Shown here: positions 13,971-27,850 of the stretch, in pieces
Layout of the letters: each line of letters begins with the position of its first letter
How positions within the stretch are numbered: position 1 is the stretch's first letter
Assembly: GCA_964016885.1 (NCBI GenBank)
Contig: OZ024762.1
Location: 16,802,001-16,866,000 of the forward strand
DNA: 64,000 nt
Direction: 5' to 3'
DNA from: Eledone cirrhosa
Taxonomy: Eukaryota
Made by a program: the position numbers and the translations under genes
The notes under the pieces: generated by a model
Told to the model about the DNA's origin: nothing
What the model saw: the letters and a program-made list of their open reading frames with translations, nothing else
The model's database searches: none

Positions 13971-14160
13971 GGGCGGTGAATTGGCAGTATCGGTAGAGGG
14001 TCGGACGCATGCTTTCCAGCATAGTTACGTCCCTTTACGGTCTGAGTTCAAATCCCATCGAGGTTAACTTTGCCTTTCATCCTTACGGGGTCGATAAAAT
14101 AAAGTACCAGTAATGTACTGGGTAATTGCTGGCCTTGTGCCAAAAGTAGAAACAATTATT
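13971..14160 (+). mobile_element. SINE S2, full length
   Basis: GGCGGTGAATTGGCAG head, GAGTTCAAATCC B box, (ATT)n tail. Confidence 0.85.
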
Positions 14161-14277
14161 ATTATTATTATTACTTAATGCTTGCTTTTCATGGCAGCTT
14201 GGATTTGGTAGGTTGTTATGGGTTTGAACAAATCTCTCGAGTTTCTGCTCTCCTAGACAGGTTGCAGGAACCCCACT

Positions 14278-14350
14278 TTAACCCTTTAGCATTTAAACTG
14301 ACTGTATCTGGTCAGAATTCTCTCACCTCTTTCTGTTCAAACTGGCCATA
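14278..14350 (-). mobile_element. Truncated piggyBac-like MITE end
   Basis: TTAA-CCCTTTAGCATTTAAAC...CTCTCACCTCTTTCTGTTC, same family as 24932-27850. Confidence 0.7.
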
Positions 14351-15100
14351 TGTACAATAACACATGTGGTGGAAGCGAGACAGGGGTTTCTGACTAATGT
14401 GTACCAAAGTTACCTTGGTATAGGTGGTGCCATATGTACAATAACACATGTGGTGGAAGCGAGACAGGGGTTTCTGACTAATGTGTACCAAAGTTACCTT
14501 GGTATAGGTGGTGCCATATGTACAATAACATGTGTGGAGGAGGTGAGACAGGAGTTTCTGACAGTAATGTGTACCAAAGTTACCTTGGTATAGGTGGTGC
14601 CATATGTACAATAACATGTGTGGTGGAAGCGAGACAGGAGTTTCTGACAGTAATGTGTACCAAAGTTACCTTGGTATAGGTGGTGCCATATGTACAATAA
14701 CATGTGTGGAGGAGGTGAGACAGGAGTTTCTGACAGTAATGTGTACCAAAGTTACCTTGGTATAGGTGGTGCCATATGTACAATAACATATGTGGAGGAG
14801 GTGAGACAGGGGTTTCTGACTAATGTGTACCAAAGTTACCTTGGTGTAGGTGGTGCCATATGTACAAGAACATATGGAGGAGGCGAGACAGGAGTTTCTG
14901 ACAGTAATATGTACCAAAGTTACCTTAGTGTAGGTGGTGCCAGATGTACAATAACATATGGAGGAGGCGAGACAGGAGTTTCTGACAGTAATATGTACCA
15001 AAGTTACCTTAGTGTAGGTGGTGCCAGATGTACAATAACATATGGAGGAGGTGAGACAGGGGTTTCTGACTGTAATGTGTACCAAAGTTACATTGGTGTA
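14345..15100. repeat. 84-86-bp minisatellite, about 9 copies
   Basis: Unit GCCATATGTACAATAAC...GAGACAGG...GTACCAAAGTTACCTTGGTATAGGTGGT. Confidence 0.95.
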
Positions 15101-16019
15101 AAAGTAATAAGGTAAAACCTGAAGTTTGTTCTCATTAACATCATTTTCAAACTGGCCCCCTTCTGGGGGCATGTGCCCACACTGGGACTCACTACACTAC
15201 ATTGTCTCCATTTCTCAACCAGTTTACTACAGAGTGTACTAGGTACATTTTACCATGACACCAGCACCACCAACAGCCTCCGAAAAGGGTGGGTTCACAC
15301 AGTTTGATATCAAAAGAGTGAATCAGTTTATGATAAGGTTTAAGAAGTTTCTATTTCAAATTCAAATGACTTCCACATTCTACTACCTTCTATCTTGGGA
15401 TTACTAATATTCAAAAATATTTCAACTCTCACAACAAGAATTATTTTTCCTCCCCAAAATTCTAAAATATTTCAGAAAGATTCCGCAACATTCCGGAGCA
15501 AAGTAATTTCTGAAATATCATAAAACATTTAGAAGGTATACGACCTCCCAACACACCCTCAACACACACCACCCCAACACCTCCACATCCCCCAATACAC
15601 ACAACCACCAACATCACACCACCACCACCACCACCACCACCACCAAAAAAAAAAAAAAAAAAAAACCCCACAAAAATACAACAAAGAAAAAATGTTTCAC
15701 ATTTTTCAATGTTTTCAATGGCCCCCAGTGAAGCGAAGTGAGTCATGGAGAATAAAAAAATATTTTTCACAAGAGTAATATCTGATTCTTCTTAATCTGA
15801 ATCAACAGACATTCTTGTAAAGATAACTTTGATGGAGGAGTAGCGTGTGGGAGGGGAGGGGAATAGGGTGGTAGGAGAGGGTGGTGGGTGAGGAGGGGTG
15901 GTGGGTGAGGAGGGGTGGTGGGTGAGGAGGGTGGTAGGGGAGGGTGGTGGGTGAGGAGGGGCGGTAGGGGAGGATGGGGGAAGAAGAAAAAATCCAAAGT
16001 CTTTCTTAGAATAAAACAG

Positions 16020-16290
16020 ACTTTTCTTCTTCAATTTATTCCTGAGAGGGTCTTGGGGGGGGCAGAGTCCCTCAAACACACCTTCCAATGGGTCCGGCCA
16101 GAAGCAACCGTCTCCAACTGATCCGGCTGGATCCCCAAAGTGAGACCAGCCAAGCTCATGGATGTTATCTAACCATCTTGCTCAGAGTCTACCCCTGGAT
16201 CTCCTGCCGGTTGGTTTTGCCCGTAAAATATGTCCAGTGATTCTTTCCCCGAGACATTCTAACCACTTGGCCATAGTATCAGAGCTGGCA
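16020..16290 (-). mobile_element. 3' end of an RTE (Expander/Rex3-like) LINE
   Basis: Minus strand gives RWLDNIHELGWS and, after frameshifts, LPP.RP..E with a (GAA)n tail; same family at 22845-23210 and 54395-54890. Confidence 0.65.
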
Positions 16291-16397
16291 ATACATTTAT
16301 TTTCATCCTTCAGTCTCAAATGATTGCAATAAACTTAATATTAGATCTGTGCTCCAGCATGGCCACAACCGAAGAGCTGGAGCAGGTAAAAGAGTGA

Positions 16398-18917
16398 AAT
16401 AGTGACCTAATACCCTCCAGTATGGCCACAGCGCAAGGCTTACAATAGTGACCTGATACCCTCCAGTATGGCCACAGCGCAAGGATTACAATAGTGACAT
16501 GATACCCTCCAGTATGGCCACAGCGCAAGGATTACAATAGTGACATGATACCCTCCAGTATGGCCACAGCACAAGGAATATAATAGTGACATGATACCCT
16601 CCAGTATGGCCACAGCACAAGGAATATAATAGTGACATGATACCCTCCAGTATGGCCACAGCGCAAGGAATACAATAGTGACATGATACCCTCCAGAATG
16701 GCCACAGCGCAAGGATTACAATAGTGACATGATACCCTCCAGTATGGCCACAGCACAAGGAATATAATAGTGACATGATACCCTCCAGTATGGCCACAGC
16801 ACAAGGAATATAATAGTGACATGATACCCTCCAGTATGGCCACAGCACAAGGAATACAATAGTGACATGATACCCTCCAGTATGGCCACAGCGCAAGGAT
16901 TACAATAGTGACATGATACCCTCCAGTATGGCCACAGCGCAAGGATTACAATAGTGACACGATACCCTCCAGAATGGCCACAGCGCAAGGAATATAATAG
17001 TGACACGATACCCTCCAGTATGGCCACAGCGCAAGGAATACAATAGTGACATGATACCCTCCAGTATGGCCACAGCGCAAGGATTACAATAGTGACATGA
17101 TACCCTCCAGTATGGCCACAGCACAAGGAATATAATAGTGACATGATACCCTCCAGTATGGCCACAGCGCAAGGATTACAATAGTGACACGATACCCTCC
17201 AGAATGGCCACAGCGCAAGGATTACAATAGTGACACGATACCCTCCAGTATGGCCACAGCGCAAGGAATATAATAGTGACATGATACCCTCCAGTATGGC
17301 CACAGCGCAAGGATTACAATAGTGACACGATACCCTCCAGTATGGCCACAGCGCAAGGAATATAATAGTGACATGATACCCTCCAGTATGGCCACAGCGC
17401 AAGGATTACAATAGTGACACGATACCCTCCAGTATGGCCACAGCGCAAGGAATATAATAGTGACATGATACCCTCCAGTATGGCCACAGCGCAAGGATTA
17501 CAATAGTGACACGATACCCTCCAGTATGGCCACAGCGCAAGGAATATAATAGTGACATGATACCCTCCAGTATGGCCACAGCGCAAGGATTACAATAGTG
17601 ACACGATACCCTCCAGTATGGCCACAGCGCAAGGAATATAATAGTGACATGATACCCTCCAGTATGGCCACAGCGCAAGGATTACAATAGTGACATGATA
17701 CCCTCCAGAATGGCCACAGCGCAAGGATTACAATAGTGACACGATACCCTCCAGTATGGCCACAGCGCAAGGAATATAATAGTGACATGATACCCTCCAG
17801 TATGGCCACAGCGCAAGGAATATAATAGTGACAAGATACCCTCCAGTATGGCCACAGCGCAAGGAATATAATAGTGACATGATACCCTCCAGTATGGCCA
17901 CAGCGCAAGGAATATAATAGTGACATGATACCCTCCAGTATGGCCACAGCGCAAGGATTACAATAGTGACATGATACCCTCCAGAATGGCCACAGCGCAA
18001 GGATTACAATAGTGACATGATACCCTCCAGAATGGCCACAGCGCAAGGATTACAATAGTGACACGATACCCTCCAGTATGGCCACAGCGCAAGGAATATA
18101 ATAGTGACATGATACCCTCCAGTATGGCCACAGCGCAAGGATTACAATAGTGACACGATACCCTCCAGTATGGCCACAGCGCAAGGAATATAATAGTGAC
18201 ATGATACCCTCCAGTATGGCCACAGCGCAAGGATTACAATAGTGACACGATACCCTCCAGTACGGCCACAGCGCAAGGAATATAATAGTGACAAGATACC
18301 CTCCAGTATGGCCACAGCGCAAGGAATATAATAGTGACATGATACCCTCCAGTATGGCCACAGCGCAAGGATTACAATAGTGACACGATACCCTCCAGTA
18401 TGGCCACAGCGCAAGGAATATAATAGTGACATGATACCCTCCAGTATGGCCACAGCGCAAGGATTACAATAGTGACATAATATCCTCCAGTATGGCCACA
18501 GCGCAAGGATTACAATAGTGACATAATATCCTCCAGTATGGCCACAGCGCAAGGATTACAATAGTGACATGATACCCTCCAGTATGGCCACAGCGCAAGG
18601 AATATAATAGTGACACGATACCCTCCAGTATGGCCACAGCGCAAGGAATATAATAGTGACATAATATCCTCCAGTATGGCCACAGCGCAAGGAATATAAT
18701 AGTGACATGATATCCTCCAGTATGGCCACAGCGCAAGGAATATAATAGTGACATGATACCCTCCAGTATGGCCACAGCGCAAGGAATATAATAGTGACAT
18801 GATACCCTCCAGTATGGCCACAGCGCAAGGAATATAATAGTGACATGATACCCTCCAGTATGGCCACAGCGCAAGGAATACAATAGTGACATGATACCCT
18901 CCAGAATGGCCACAGCC
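16398..18917. repeat. 46-bp minisatellite, about 55 copies
   Basis: Unit AATAGTGACATGATACCCTCCAGTATGGCCACAGCGCAAGGAATAT / ...GGATTAC. Confidence 0.97.
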
Positions 18918-19362
18918 ATAAGCTGAATCAGGTAAAAGACTAAAATAGCGATGTTACAGATTAATAGTTCAGGTGTATAAATTACAAATTTCCTAATAAA
19001 AATATTTATGTATTTTCTGGTATGATGAAGCAGGAGGTATTTGATGGCAGATAGAAGGGTGTGTCCTTTATAAACCCAACACCCAGGTGCTGTACTGTTT
19101 TCTTTGTAGCTTAGGTTGTCATAGTAACATACCGTTAAAACTTAAATTTCCATATATACATATGTGAGCACGCATGTGTGTATGTGGGAATGTATATATA
19201 TGCATGTATATCTATTTATCTATCTATATACAATAAATGTAAATGATAATATTCGATTTGTTTGCAATTATGCAAACAAGCCTCATTTTTAAAGCCATGT
19301 CAGTAGAATAAGCCCCTCATTCTTGCTCTTGTGTTGGCATGTAAACAGAATTTTTTTTATTA

Positions 19363-19397
<35 letters not shown>

Positions 19398-19529
19398 CAT
19401 CATTCATCATTTCATTTTACGTCCGCTTTTTTCCCTGCTTGCAAGGGTGGGACGGGAACTGACTCTGGCTTGATTTCTACAGCTGGATGCTCTTCCTAAC
19501 ACCAACCTCATATATATATATATATATAC

Positions 19530-19874
19530 GGGATAACAAATTATTGTTATAGGTAGTCCACTTAGATGGAGTCCAGTTAGGGTACTCCGAGTAGTGGATG
19601 GTATCAACGCTTGGCTAAGTTTGACTCAACAAGGCGTTTCCATAGTGATGTTGCGAGTACGCAGTGATTTCTATGTTGTTTACACTTGGAGTAATGATAA
19701 ATCAAGAAAGAAGAGTGACACGGTTTGCTATACAATAAGGGCTTCTTTAATCACATTGCTGACAATTGTTTCTCTGAACTGGTAGGTCTAGAGAAACAAT
19801 TGTCAGAGAAACAATTGTAAGCAATGTGATTAAAGCCCTCATTGTATAGCAAACAGTGTCACTCTGTTTTCTTG

Positions 19875-19882
<8 letters not shown>
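19530..19882 (-). mobile_element. (TA)n-embedded fold-back element, family G (3' half-hammerhead)
   Basis: 19696-19775 is inverted against 19805-19880; arms read GAAA-CAAUUG-UC/UA. Confidence 0.6.
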
Positions 19883-19909
<27 letters not shown>

Positions 19910-20222
19910 ATTTCCGTAGAAAAGGTAGAGGAAAGAAGAGTGCTATATGTATAGTACAGAGCTATTTAGTTACATAATAAACTACACACTATAATGGTAA
20001 TGGTGATGGAATAATTATATCTTCCACGCTAGCATGGGTTAGACGGTTTTGTTCCATTTGATGCAGGAATGGTCAGGAGATTGTCTCGCTCGCACGGAAG
20101 TGTCTCTGGCAGATTTTTATTACAACTGGATTCCTTTTCTAACACCAACCACCTTTACAGTGTGGACAGGGAGCCTTTTTACCGTGTCTCCTACACGACC
20201 ACCTTTCAGTGTGGACTATATA

Positions 20223-20254
<32 letters not shown>

Positions 20255-20257
20255 ATT

Positions 20258-20594
20258 TCATCATCATTTCATTTTACGTCCGCTTTTCCCTGCTTGCAAG
20301 GGTGGGACGGGAACTGATTCTGGCTTGATTTCTACAGCTGGATGCCCTTCCTAACACCAACCTCATTTACAGTGAATGCTGGGTGCTTTTTTGCCATGGC
20401 ACCTGCACGACCACTTTGCAGTGGAATGATATGGACCCCAGTCCCTATCATCTCATTTCTACAGCTGAGTAAACTGGAGCAATGTGAAATAAAATGTCTT
20501 GCTCAAGGAAACAACATCACCCGGTCTGAGAATTGAACTCACAACCTTTCGATTGCAAGGCCAATGCTCTAACCACTAAGCCATGTGCCTCCAC
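20258..20594 (-). mobile_element. SINE S1, full length
   Basis: Reverse complement of 32439-32780. Confidence 0.85.
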
Positions 20595-20609
20595 TATATA
20601 CATATATAT

Positions 20610-20750
20610 AACAAAGATGGTGTGGTAAGCTACCAGGTGGACCATAACGCACCAGAGTACTCAATACTTAGGGTAGTAGAGTGGGTAATAGGAAAATGTT
20701 TAATCCCGATGGCAGAGCTCAAGCCGTTTCAACGTTAAACATTTCCCTAT
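20610..20750 (-). mobile_element. Family B element, truncated just upstream of GAAA, short fold-back
   Basis: Homologous to 9597-9720; TAGGAAAATGTTTAA / TTAAACATTTCCCTA inverted. Confidence 0.6.
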
Positions 20751-22050
20751 ATATATATATGTGTTGTTGAAGGCAAAGACCAATACACTGTGGGTGTTCT
20801 TTATATAAAATTAGGGATTTCTTTCTTTTTTTTGAATGAGAAAAATTTCAACTGTAGAATTCCTTCCATACCAAAAATAGACAACTTTGTCTAGAAAGAC
20901 AAAGTGAGGTTTTTATTTGTGGAGGTGGACAAAACACCTTTATGTCTAACATTTATTGTTTACACAGATTCTACAATAGACAGTTGTTCACAGGTCTTTT
21001 ATCAGTGAGAACTACTGGTGGAGTGGTGTGGGGGAGATAAGGGGCGGTGTGGTGTGGAGGAGATAAGGGGCGGTGTGGTGTGGCGGAGATAAGAGGTGAG
21101 GTGGGGGAGAGGTGTGGTGGTGTGGCGGAGATAAGGGGGTGGGGGAGGAGATACCAGGTGAGGTGGTGTGTTATCAATGGGGTCTAAATGTTTGTACTTG
21201 TGTGTGCTACAAAAACAATAGAAGTGTTCAGTTCAAATATGTCAATTATATAACATGTCAAAGATATGGGCCACTACAGCACTTTAAACACGGGTCATTC
21301 CTGTCTTGTCACAGCTGACTGGTTCCACAATGCAGTCAGGATATGGGGACAACTTGGAGCTTGAAATACAATGAAGTTTTATGTCAAGCTCAGCTGAAAA
21401 ACTGCCGAAACGTACAGAATAGTCAGAATTGCTTACAGACTAACTTTCAGGAGCTCGGCGACTGCTTTCTGCTGAAAACAAGAGGTCCCAGGAGGGCAGG
21501 GAGCAGGTGAGAGATGACGAGAGGTGTGGCAAGGAGTGGGACATCAGGACATCAGGACAATCAAAAAGTTGGAGGAGCTTAGTAAAAAGTAAATTTCTGA
21601 TTATTAACATTTTTGTTGCTGTACTTCTAATGGTAGGCACTGCCTGTGAGTTTCAAACGTAGGTGTACTTGATCGATAGAGGGAGAGAGTCACCATTGCA
21701 CAGTCTGGATGAAGGCAGGCAGAACTTATCCTGGTTTCATGAGGTGTCAAGTGACTAAGAATTTGTACATACAAGTCTCCCTCCTGGATGGGAAGCTAAA
21801 GCATTATAGAGCGAAACTCCTCTTGTCGCTGGGACTCATTTTCAGTGAAATGAACTGGAGCAACATGAAATAAAATGTCTTGCTCAAAGACATCCAGTGC
21901 CACTCAGTCCAGGAATGAAATCTATTGTCTTATGATTGTAAACACAACAATTTAACCACAAGGCCATACACCTTTACAGATCATTTCCAAATGTTAGCCT
22001 TTAGCACACTGTTGGTGACACAATGCACCACAGAGTAATCTCCCCTTAAA

Positions 22051-22272
22051 TAATTGTTTCTACTTTAGGCACAAGGCCAGCAATTTGAAGGAGAGAGGAA
22101 AGTCGATTAAAATCGACCCCAGTGCATTACTGGTACTTTATTTTATCGATCCCGTAAGGATGAAAGGCAAAGCTGACCTCAACGGGATTTGAACCCAAAA
22201 CGCAAAGGGCCGAAACTCCATACGACTAAGCATGCTCTCCGGCGCTCTACCGATTCTGCTAATCCACCTCCC
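22051..22272 (-). mobile_element. SINE S2
   Basis: S2 central motif present. Confidence 0.8.
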
Positions 22273-22539
22273 TAATAAATTATGCAGTGTCAAGTGAAAC
22301 AATCTCTAAAAATTACTAGCAGGTTAAAGGTTAAATTTGATCAGTTCTCTCTAACACAACCTGGATCAATACAAGTTGAACAATTACTTAATAAAATAGC
22401 TTCACAGTCTCAACAAGCAATGGATTATTTTAATGAAAGCAGTTTATCTTAAACTGGAGATTAGGTGTCATTATATAAATACCAATTGCTCTGACTATAA
22501 TTAGAACAACACAAGGTATCCTGCTCTGTATTAGTTTCT

Positions 22540-22754
22540 TTAACTCTTTAGCATTTACATTACTCTATATATACTATTATATTTTCATGGTAAATGCTTT
22601 ATCTCACATAATATCGAATCTATGAGATTTTACAAGTATTTATTTTGAGAACAATACCTTAACATCTGTTTGAGCGACCAGTTACAGCCAGTTTCAACAG
22701 AAAGAGATAGAGAATTCTGACCGGTTTTGGCCAGTTTGAACATTAAAGGGTTAA
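22540..22754 (+). mobile_element. Solo piggyBac-like MITE
   Basis: TTAA-CTCTTTAGCATT ... ATTAAAGGG-TTAA. Confidence 0.75.
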
Positions 22755-22844
22755 CTCTTCTTTTGATGAAAGGATTTTAATCCAAAATATTAATGGATAC
22801 TAAATAATTCCTAGGTAACATTTAATATGTCATTTAGGCATATG

Positions 22845-23210
22845 GTTAGAATGTCTCTGCTGGGCAGATTTTATAGACAAAAACCAACCAGAAGGAGACC
22901 CAGGGGTAGACCCTAAGCAAAATGGTTGGATAACATCCACGAGCTTGGCTGGTCTTGCTTGGAGTAAAGTTACTCAAAGTGAATAGATTGGAGATCAGAG
23001 AGTCACTCCAGGTAGAGCCACTACTTCTCCAAATTGAGAGATCACAGCAAGATGGTTGGTAACATCCACAACCTTGACTGGTCATGCTTGGGATCCAGCC
23101 AGATCAGTTGCTTCTGACAGGACCCACTGGAGAGAGTGTTTGAGGACTCTGACCCAACAACCCTCTAAGGAATAAGTGGAAGAGGAGGAGAAGAAGAAGA
23201 AAAAGAAGAC
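22845..23210 (+). mobile_element. 3' end of an RTE (Expander-like) LINE with internal duplication
   Basis: GRP..KWLDNIHELGWS-like coding remnant and (GAA)n tail; homologous to 16020-16290. Confidence 0.6.
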
Positions 23211-23322
23211 ACTGAAGATGTCATTTGCATTTTCAAATAATCAAGAATTTGGAGGGATTTAGTAACATATCAAAATGTTTCATATTTTAAGCTGGTTTGA
23301 AATAAAGGGTTGTATAAAACTA

Positions 23323-23838
23323 TAATTGTTTCTAGATTTGGCACAAGGCCAGCAATTATCCCAGCATATTACAGGTACTTTATTTTATCGACCCCGTAAG
23401 GATGAAAGGTTAAGTTAACTTCTGCGGGATTTGAACTCAGATCATAAAGGGTCGTAACTCTTTGCTGCAAAGCATGGCGTCCGACCCCCTACCGATACTG
23501 CCAATCCACCGCTTTATATGAAACTATAATTGTTTCTACTTTTGGCACAAGGCCAGCAATTACCCCAGTGCATTACTGGTACTTTATTTTATCGACCCCG
23601 TAAGGATGAAAGGCAAAGTTAACCTCGGCGGGATTTGAACTCTGACTGTAAAGGGACGTAATTCTATGCTGCAAAGCATGGCGACCGACCTACCGATACT
23701 GCCAATCTACTGCTATTAAATAATTGTTTCTACTATTGGCACAAGACCAGCAATTACCCCAGTGCATTACTGGTACTTTATTTATCGACTCCGTAAGGAT
23801 GGAAGGCAAAGTTAACCTCTGCGGGATTTGAACTCATA
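23323..23838 (-). mobile_element. Three tandem SINE S2 copies
   Basis: S2 motif repeated three times. Confidence 0.8.
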
Positions 23839-24243
23839 ATGGAAGGTAAAAAAACAAAAACAAACAGGTTTGTATAGTAAAAACCAAGGGTGGTTTTAGG
23901 TGGTTTGGTATAAAAAGGGTTAAGGAGAGAGAAGGGGGAGGGAAAAAAGGGGGGAGAATAGGGAGAGAGGTGGGAAGGCAGAGCTAACATCTGTTTATGT
24001 GTAATGTAATGTACCACAGACAGAGATGAAGAGATGTAAGAGATAGATCTGATAACACTATAGAGATGTGTGGAGATGTGAGGAGATGTGAGGAGATGGA
24101 GAGAGATGGAGAGAGATGGAAAGGAGGAAATGAAAAAAGAAAAATGTCTTGGTTGTCATAGCAACTAAGGAAGCAGTTTATATGGACCAGCTGCTGTGTG
24201 ATGAACCCCAAAACTATGGGAAATATTTCTAAGGGATCTTTAA

Positions 24244-24520
24244 GTAGTGGCAGTAGTGGTGGTAGTAGTAGTAGTAGTAGTGGTGGTGGTGGTGGTGGTG
24301 GTAGTGATGGTAGTAGTAGTGGTAGTAGTAGTGGTAGTAGTAGTGGTGGTGGTGGTAGTAGTAGTGGTGGTGGTAGCAGTAGTGGTGGTGGTAGTAGTAG
24401 TAGTGGTGGTAGTAGTATTAGTGGTGGTAGTAGTATTAGTGGTGGTAGTAGTAGTAATGGTGGTAGTAGTAGTAATGGTGGTAGTAGTAGTAATAGTAGT
24501 AGTAGTGGTGGTAATAGTAA
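24244..24520. repeat. (GTA)/(GTG)n trinucleotide tract
   Basis: Directly visible. Confidence 0.95.
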
Positions 24521-24931
24521 AATGATGGTGGATATCTGTAGTTAATTAGTAGTAGAATATAATTGGGTTGATTTCTCTTAATTTCAATTTCAGCACATCA
24601 TCATCATCATCATCATTTCCTGATTTATAATTATTATGGATTAACAGAATCGTTAGAGCGTCAGACAAAATATGTCGTGCTGTTTAGTTAAGACTAAGTT
24701 CTGAGTTCAAATCCTACTCAGACCAACCTTTGTTGTTCATCCTAAGGTCTCAAAATAGAGTACCAGTGATGTACTGAGGTTGATATAATTTATTTTGTAC
24801 ACTCGTTAAAGATTGTCTACTAGTAAAGATACTATAAACATTTGACTTAAGAAACATGTTTTTAGGCATTTTCTGCGGAAATGTTACAGGATATAAACAG
24901 TTAAAACTATTTTACACTTTGAAAAACATCC

Positions 24932-27850
24932 TTAACCCTTTAGCATTTAAACTGGCCATATTTACTATTATATTTTCACAGTAAAGGCTTTATCTCACAT
25001 AATATTGAATCTATGAGATTTTGATATTATTTATTTTGAGAATACCTTAACATAAGTATGAGCAGTCAGTTACAGCAGGTTTGAACAGAAAGAGCTGAGA
25101 AAGTTCTGGCTGGATATGACCAGTTTAAATGCTAAAGGGTTTTAACCCTTTAACCTCTACATATACTACTATATTTTCATAGTAAAGTCTACCTCACATA
25201 ATATCGAAGCTACGAGATTTTGATGTTATTCCTTTTTAGAACAATACCTTAACAGCAGTATGAGTGGTCGGTTACAGCCGGTTTGAACAGAAAGAGGTGA
25301 GACAATTCTGGCCGGATATGGCAGGTTTAAATGATAAAGGGTTAACCCTTTAGCGTTTACATTACTCTATATTTACTATCATACTTTCAGTGAGGGCTTT
25401 CTCTCACACAATATCAAATCTATGAGATTTTGATATATATTTTGAGATCAATACCTTGACATCAGTATGAGCAGCCAGTTACAGCCGGTTTGAACAGAAA
25501 GAGGTGAGAAAATTCTGGTCAGATATGGCCAGTTTAAATGCTAAAGGGTTAACCCTTTAACATTTACATAACTCTATATTTACTGTTATATTTTCACAGT
25601 AAAGGCTTTATCTCACATAATATGGAATCTATGAGATTTTGATATATATTTTGAGAACAATACCTTAACATCAGTACGAGCAGCCATTTATGGTTGGTTT
25701 AAACGGAAAGAGGTGAGAAAATGTTGGCCGGCTATGGCCAGGTTTAAATGATAAAGGGTTAAACTTTACTTTATCATTTACACTACTCATTTCCTATCAT
25801 ACTTTCAAAATAAAGGCTTTATCTCACATAATATGGAATCTATGAGATTTTGATATATATTTTGAGAACAATACCTTAACATCAGTACGAGCAGCCATTT
25901 ATGGTTGGTTTAAACGGAAAGAGGTGAGAAAATTTTGGCCGGCTATGGCCAGGTTTAAATGATAAAGGGTTAAACTTTACTTTATCATTTACATTACTCA
26001 TTTCCTATCATACTTTCAAAATAAAGGCTTTATCTCACATAATATGGAATCTATGAGATTTTGATATATATTTTGAGAACAATACCTTAACATCAGTATG
26101 AGCAGCCATTTATGGTCAGTTTAAACAGAAAGAGGTGAGAAAATTTTGGCCGGCTATGGCCAGGTTTAAATGATAAAGGGTTAAACTTTACTTTATCATT
26201 TACACTACTCATTTCCTATCATACTTTCAAAATAAAGCCTTTATCTCACCTAATATGGAATCTATGAGATTTTGATATATATTTTGAGAACAATACCTTA
26301 ACATCAGTACGAGCAGCCATTTATGGTTGGTTTAAACGGAAAGAGGTGAGAAAATTTTGGCCGGCTATGGCCAGGTTTAAATGATAAAGGGTTAAACTTT
26401 ACTTTATCATTTACATTACTCATTTCCTATCATACTTGGAAAATAAAGGCTTTATCTCACATAATATGGAATCTATGAGATTTTGATATATATTTTGAGA
26501 ACAATACCTTAACATCAGTATGAGCAGCCATTTATGGTCGGTTTAAACAGAAAGAGGTGAGAAAATTTTGGCCGGCTATGGCCAGGTTTAAATGATAAAG
26601 GGTTAAACTTTACTTTATCATTTACACTACTCATTTCCTATCATACTTTCAAAATAAAGCCTTTATCTCACATAATATGGAATCTATGAGATTTTGATAT
26701 ATATTTTGAGAACAATACCTTAACATCAGTACGAGCAGCCATTTATGGTTGGTTTAAACGGAAAGAGGTGAGAAAATTTTGGCCGGCTATGGCCAGGTTT
26801 AAATGATAAAGGGTTAAACTTTACTTTATCATTTACATTACTCATTTCCTATCATACTTTCAAAATAAAGGCTTTATCTCACATAATATGGAATCTATGA
26901 GATTTTGATATATATTTTGAGAACAATACCTTAACATCAGTATGAGCAGCCATTTATGGTCGGTTTAAACAGAAAGAGGTGAGAAAATTTTGGCCGGCTA
27001 TGGCCAGGTTTAAATGATAAAGGGTTAAACTTTACTTTATCATTTACACTACTCATTTCCTATCATACTTTCAAAATAAAGCCTTTATCTCACATAATAT
27101 GGAATCTATGAGATTTTGATATATATTTTGAGAACAATACCTTAACATCAGTACGAGCAGCCATTTATGGTTGGTTTAAACGGAAAGAGGTGAGAAAATT
27201 TTGGCCGGCTATGGCCAGGTTTAAATGATAAAGGGTTAAACTTTACTTTATCATTTACACTACTCATTTCCTATCATACTTTCAAAATAAAGGCTTTATC
27301 TCACATAATATGGAATCTATGAGATTTTGATATATATTTTGAGAACAATACCTTAACATCAGTACGAGCAGCCATTTATGGTTGGTTTAAACGGAAAGAG
27401 GTGAGAAAATTTTGGCCGGCTATGGCCAGGTTTAAATGATAAAGGGTTAAACTTTACTTTATCATTTACATTACTCATTTCCTATCATACTTTGAAAATA
27501 AAGGCTTTATCTCACATAATATGGAATCTATGAGATTTTGATATATATTTTGAGAACAATACCTTAACATCAGTACGAGCAGCCATTTATGATTGGTTTA
27601 AACGGAAAGAGGTGAGAAAATTTTGGCCGGCTATGGCCAGGTTTAAATGATAAAGGGTTAAACTTTACTTTATCATTTACACTACTCATTTCCTATCATA
27701 CTTTCAAAGTAAAGGCTTTATCTCACATAATATGGAATCTATGAGATCAATGCCTTAACATAAATAGAAGCAGCCATTTATTGCCCAGTTTAAACAGAGG
27801 TGGGAGAATTCTGGCCGGATATAGCTGGTTTAAATGCTAAAGACTTAAAC
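24932..27850 (+). repeat. Head-to-tail array of about 14 piggyBac-like MITEs, with a 211-bp homogeneous core
   Basis: Units bounded by AAAGGG-TTAA; junction TTAA at ~25142, 25342, 25549, 25759, then every 211 bp to 27658. Confidence 0.9.

Noticed and set aside
11464-18917. CRISPR-like arrays (41-, 84-86- and 46-bp repeats)
   Set aside because: Units are contiguous with no unique spacers, there are no cas genes, and the context is eukaryotic.
21450-21505. Possible plus-strand micro-exon (TTTCAG|GAGCTC...GAGCAG|GTGAGA)
   Set aside because: Splice-like words only; short pyrimidine tract, no recognisable peptide and no partner exons.
24198-24545. Gly/Ser-rich and poly-Thr/Val/Leu ORFs (also 34855-35234, 43209-44011, 58605-59134)
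   Set aside because: (GTA)/(GTG)n tracts with no splice or domain support.
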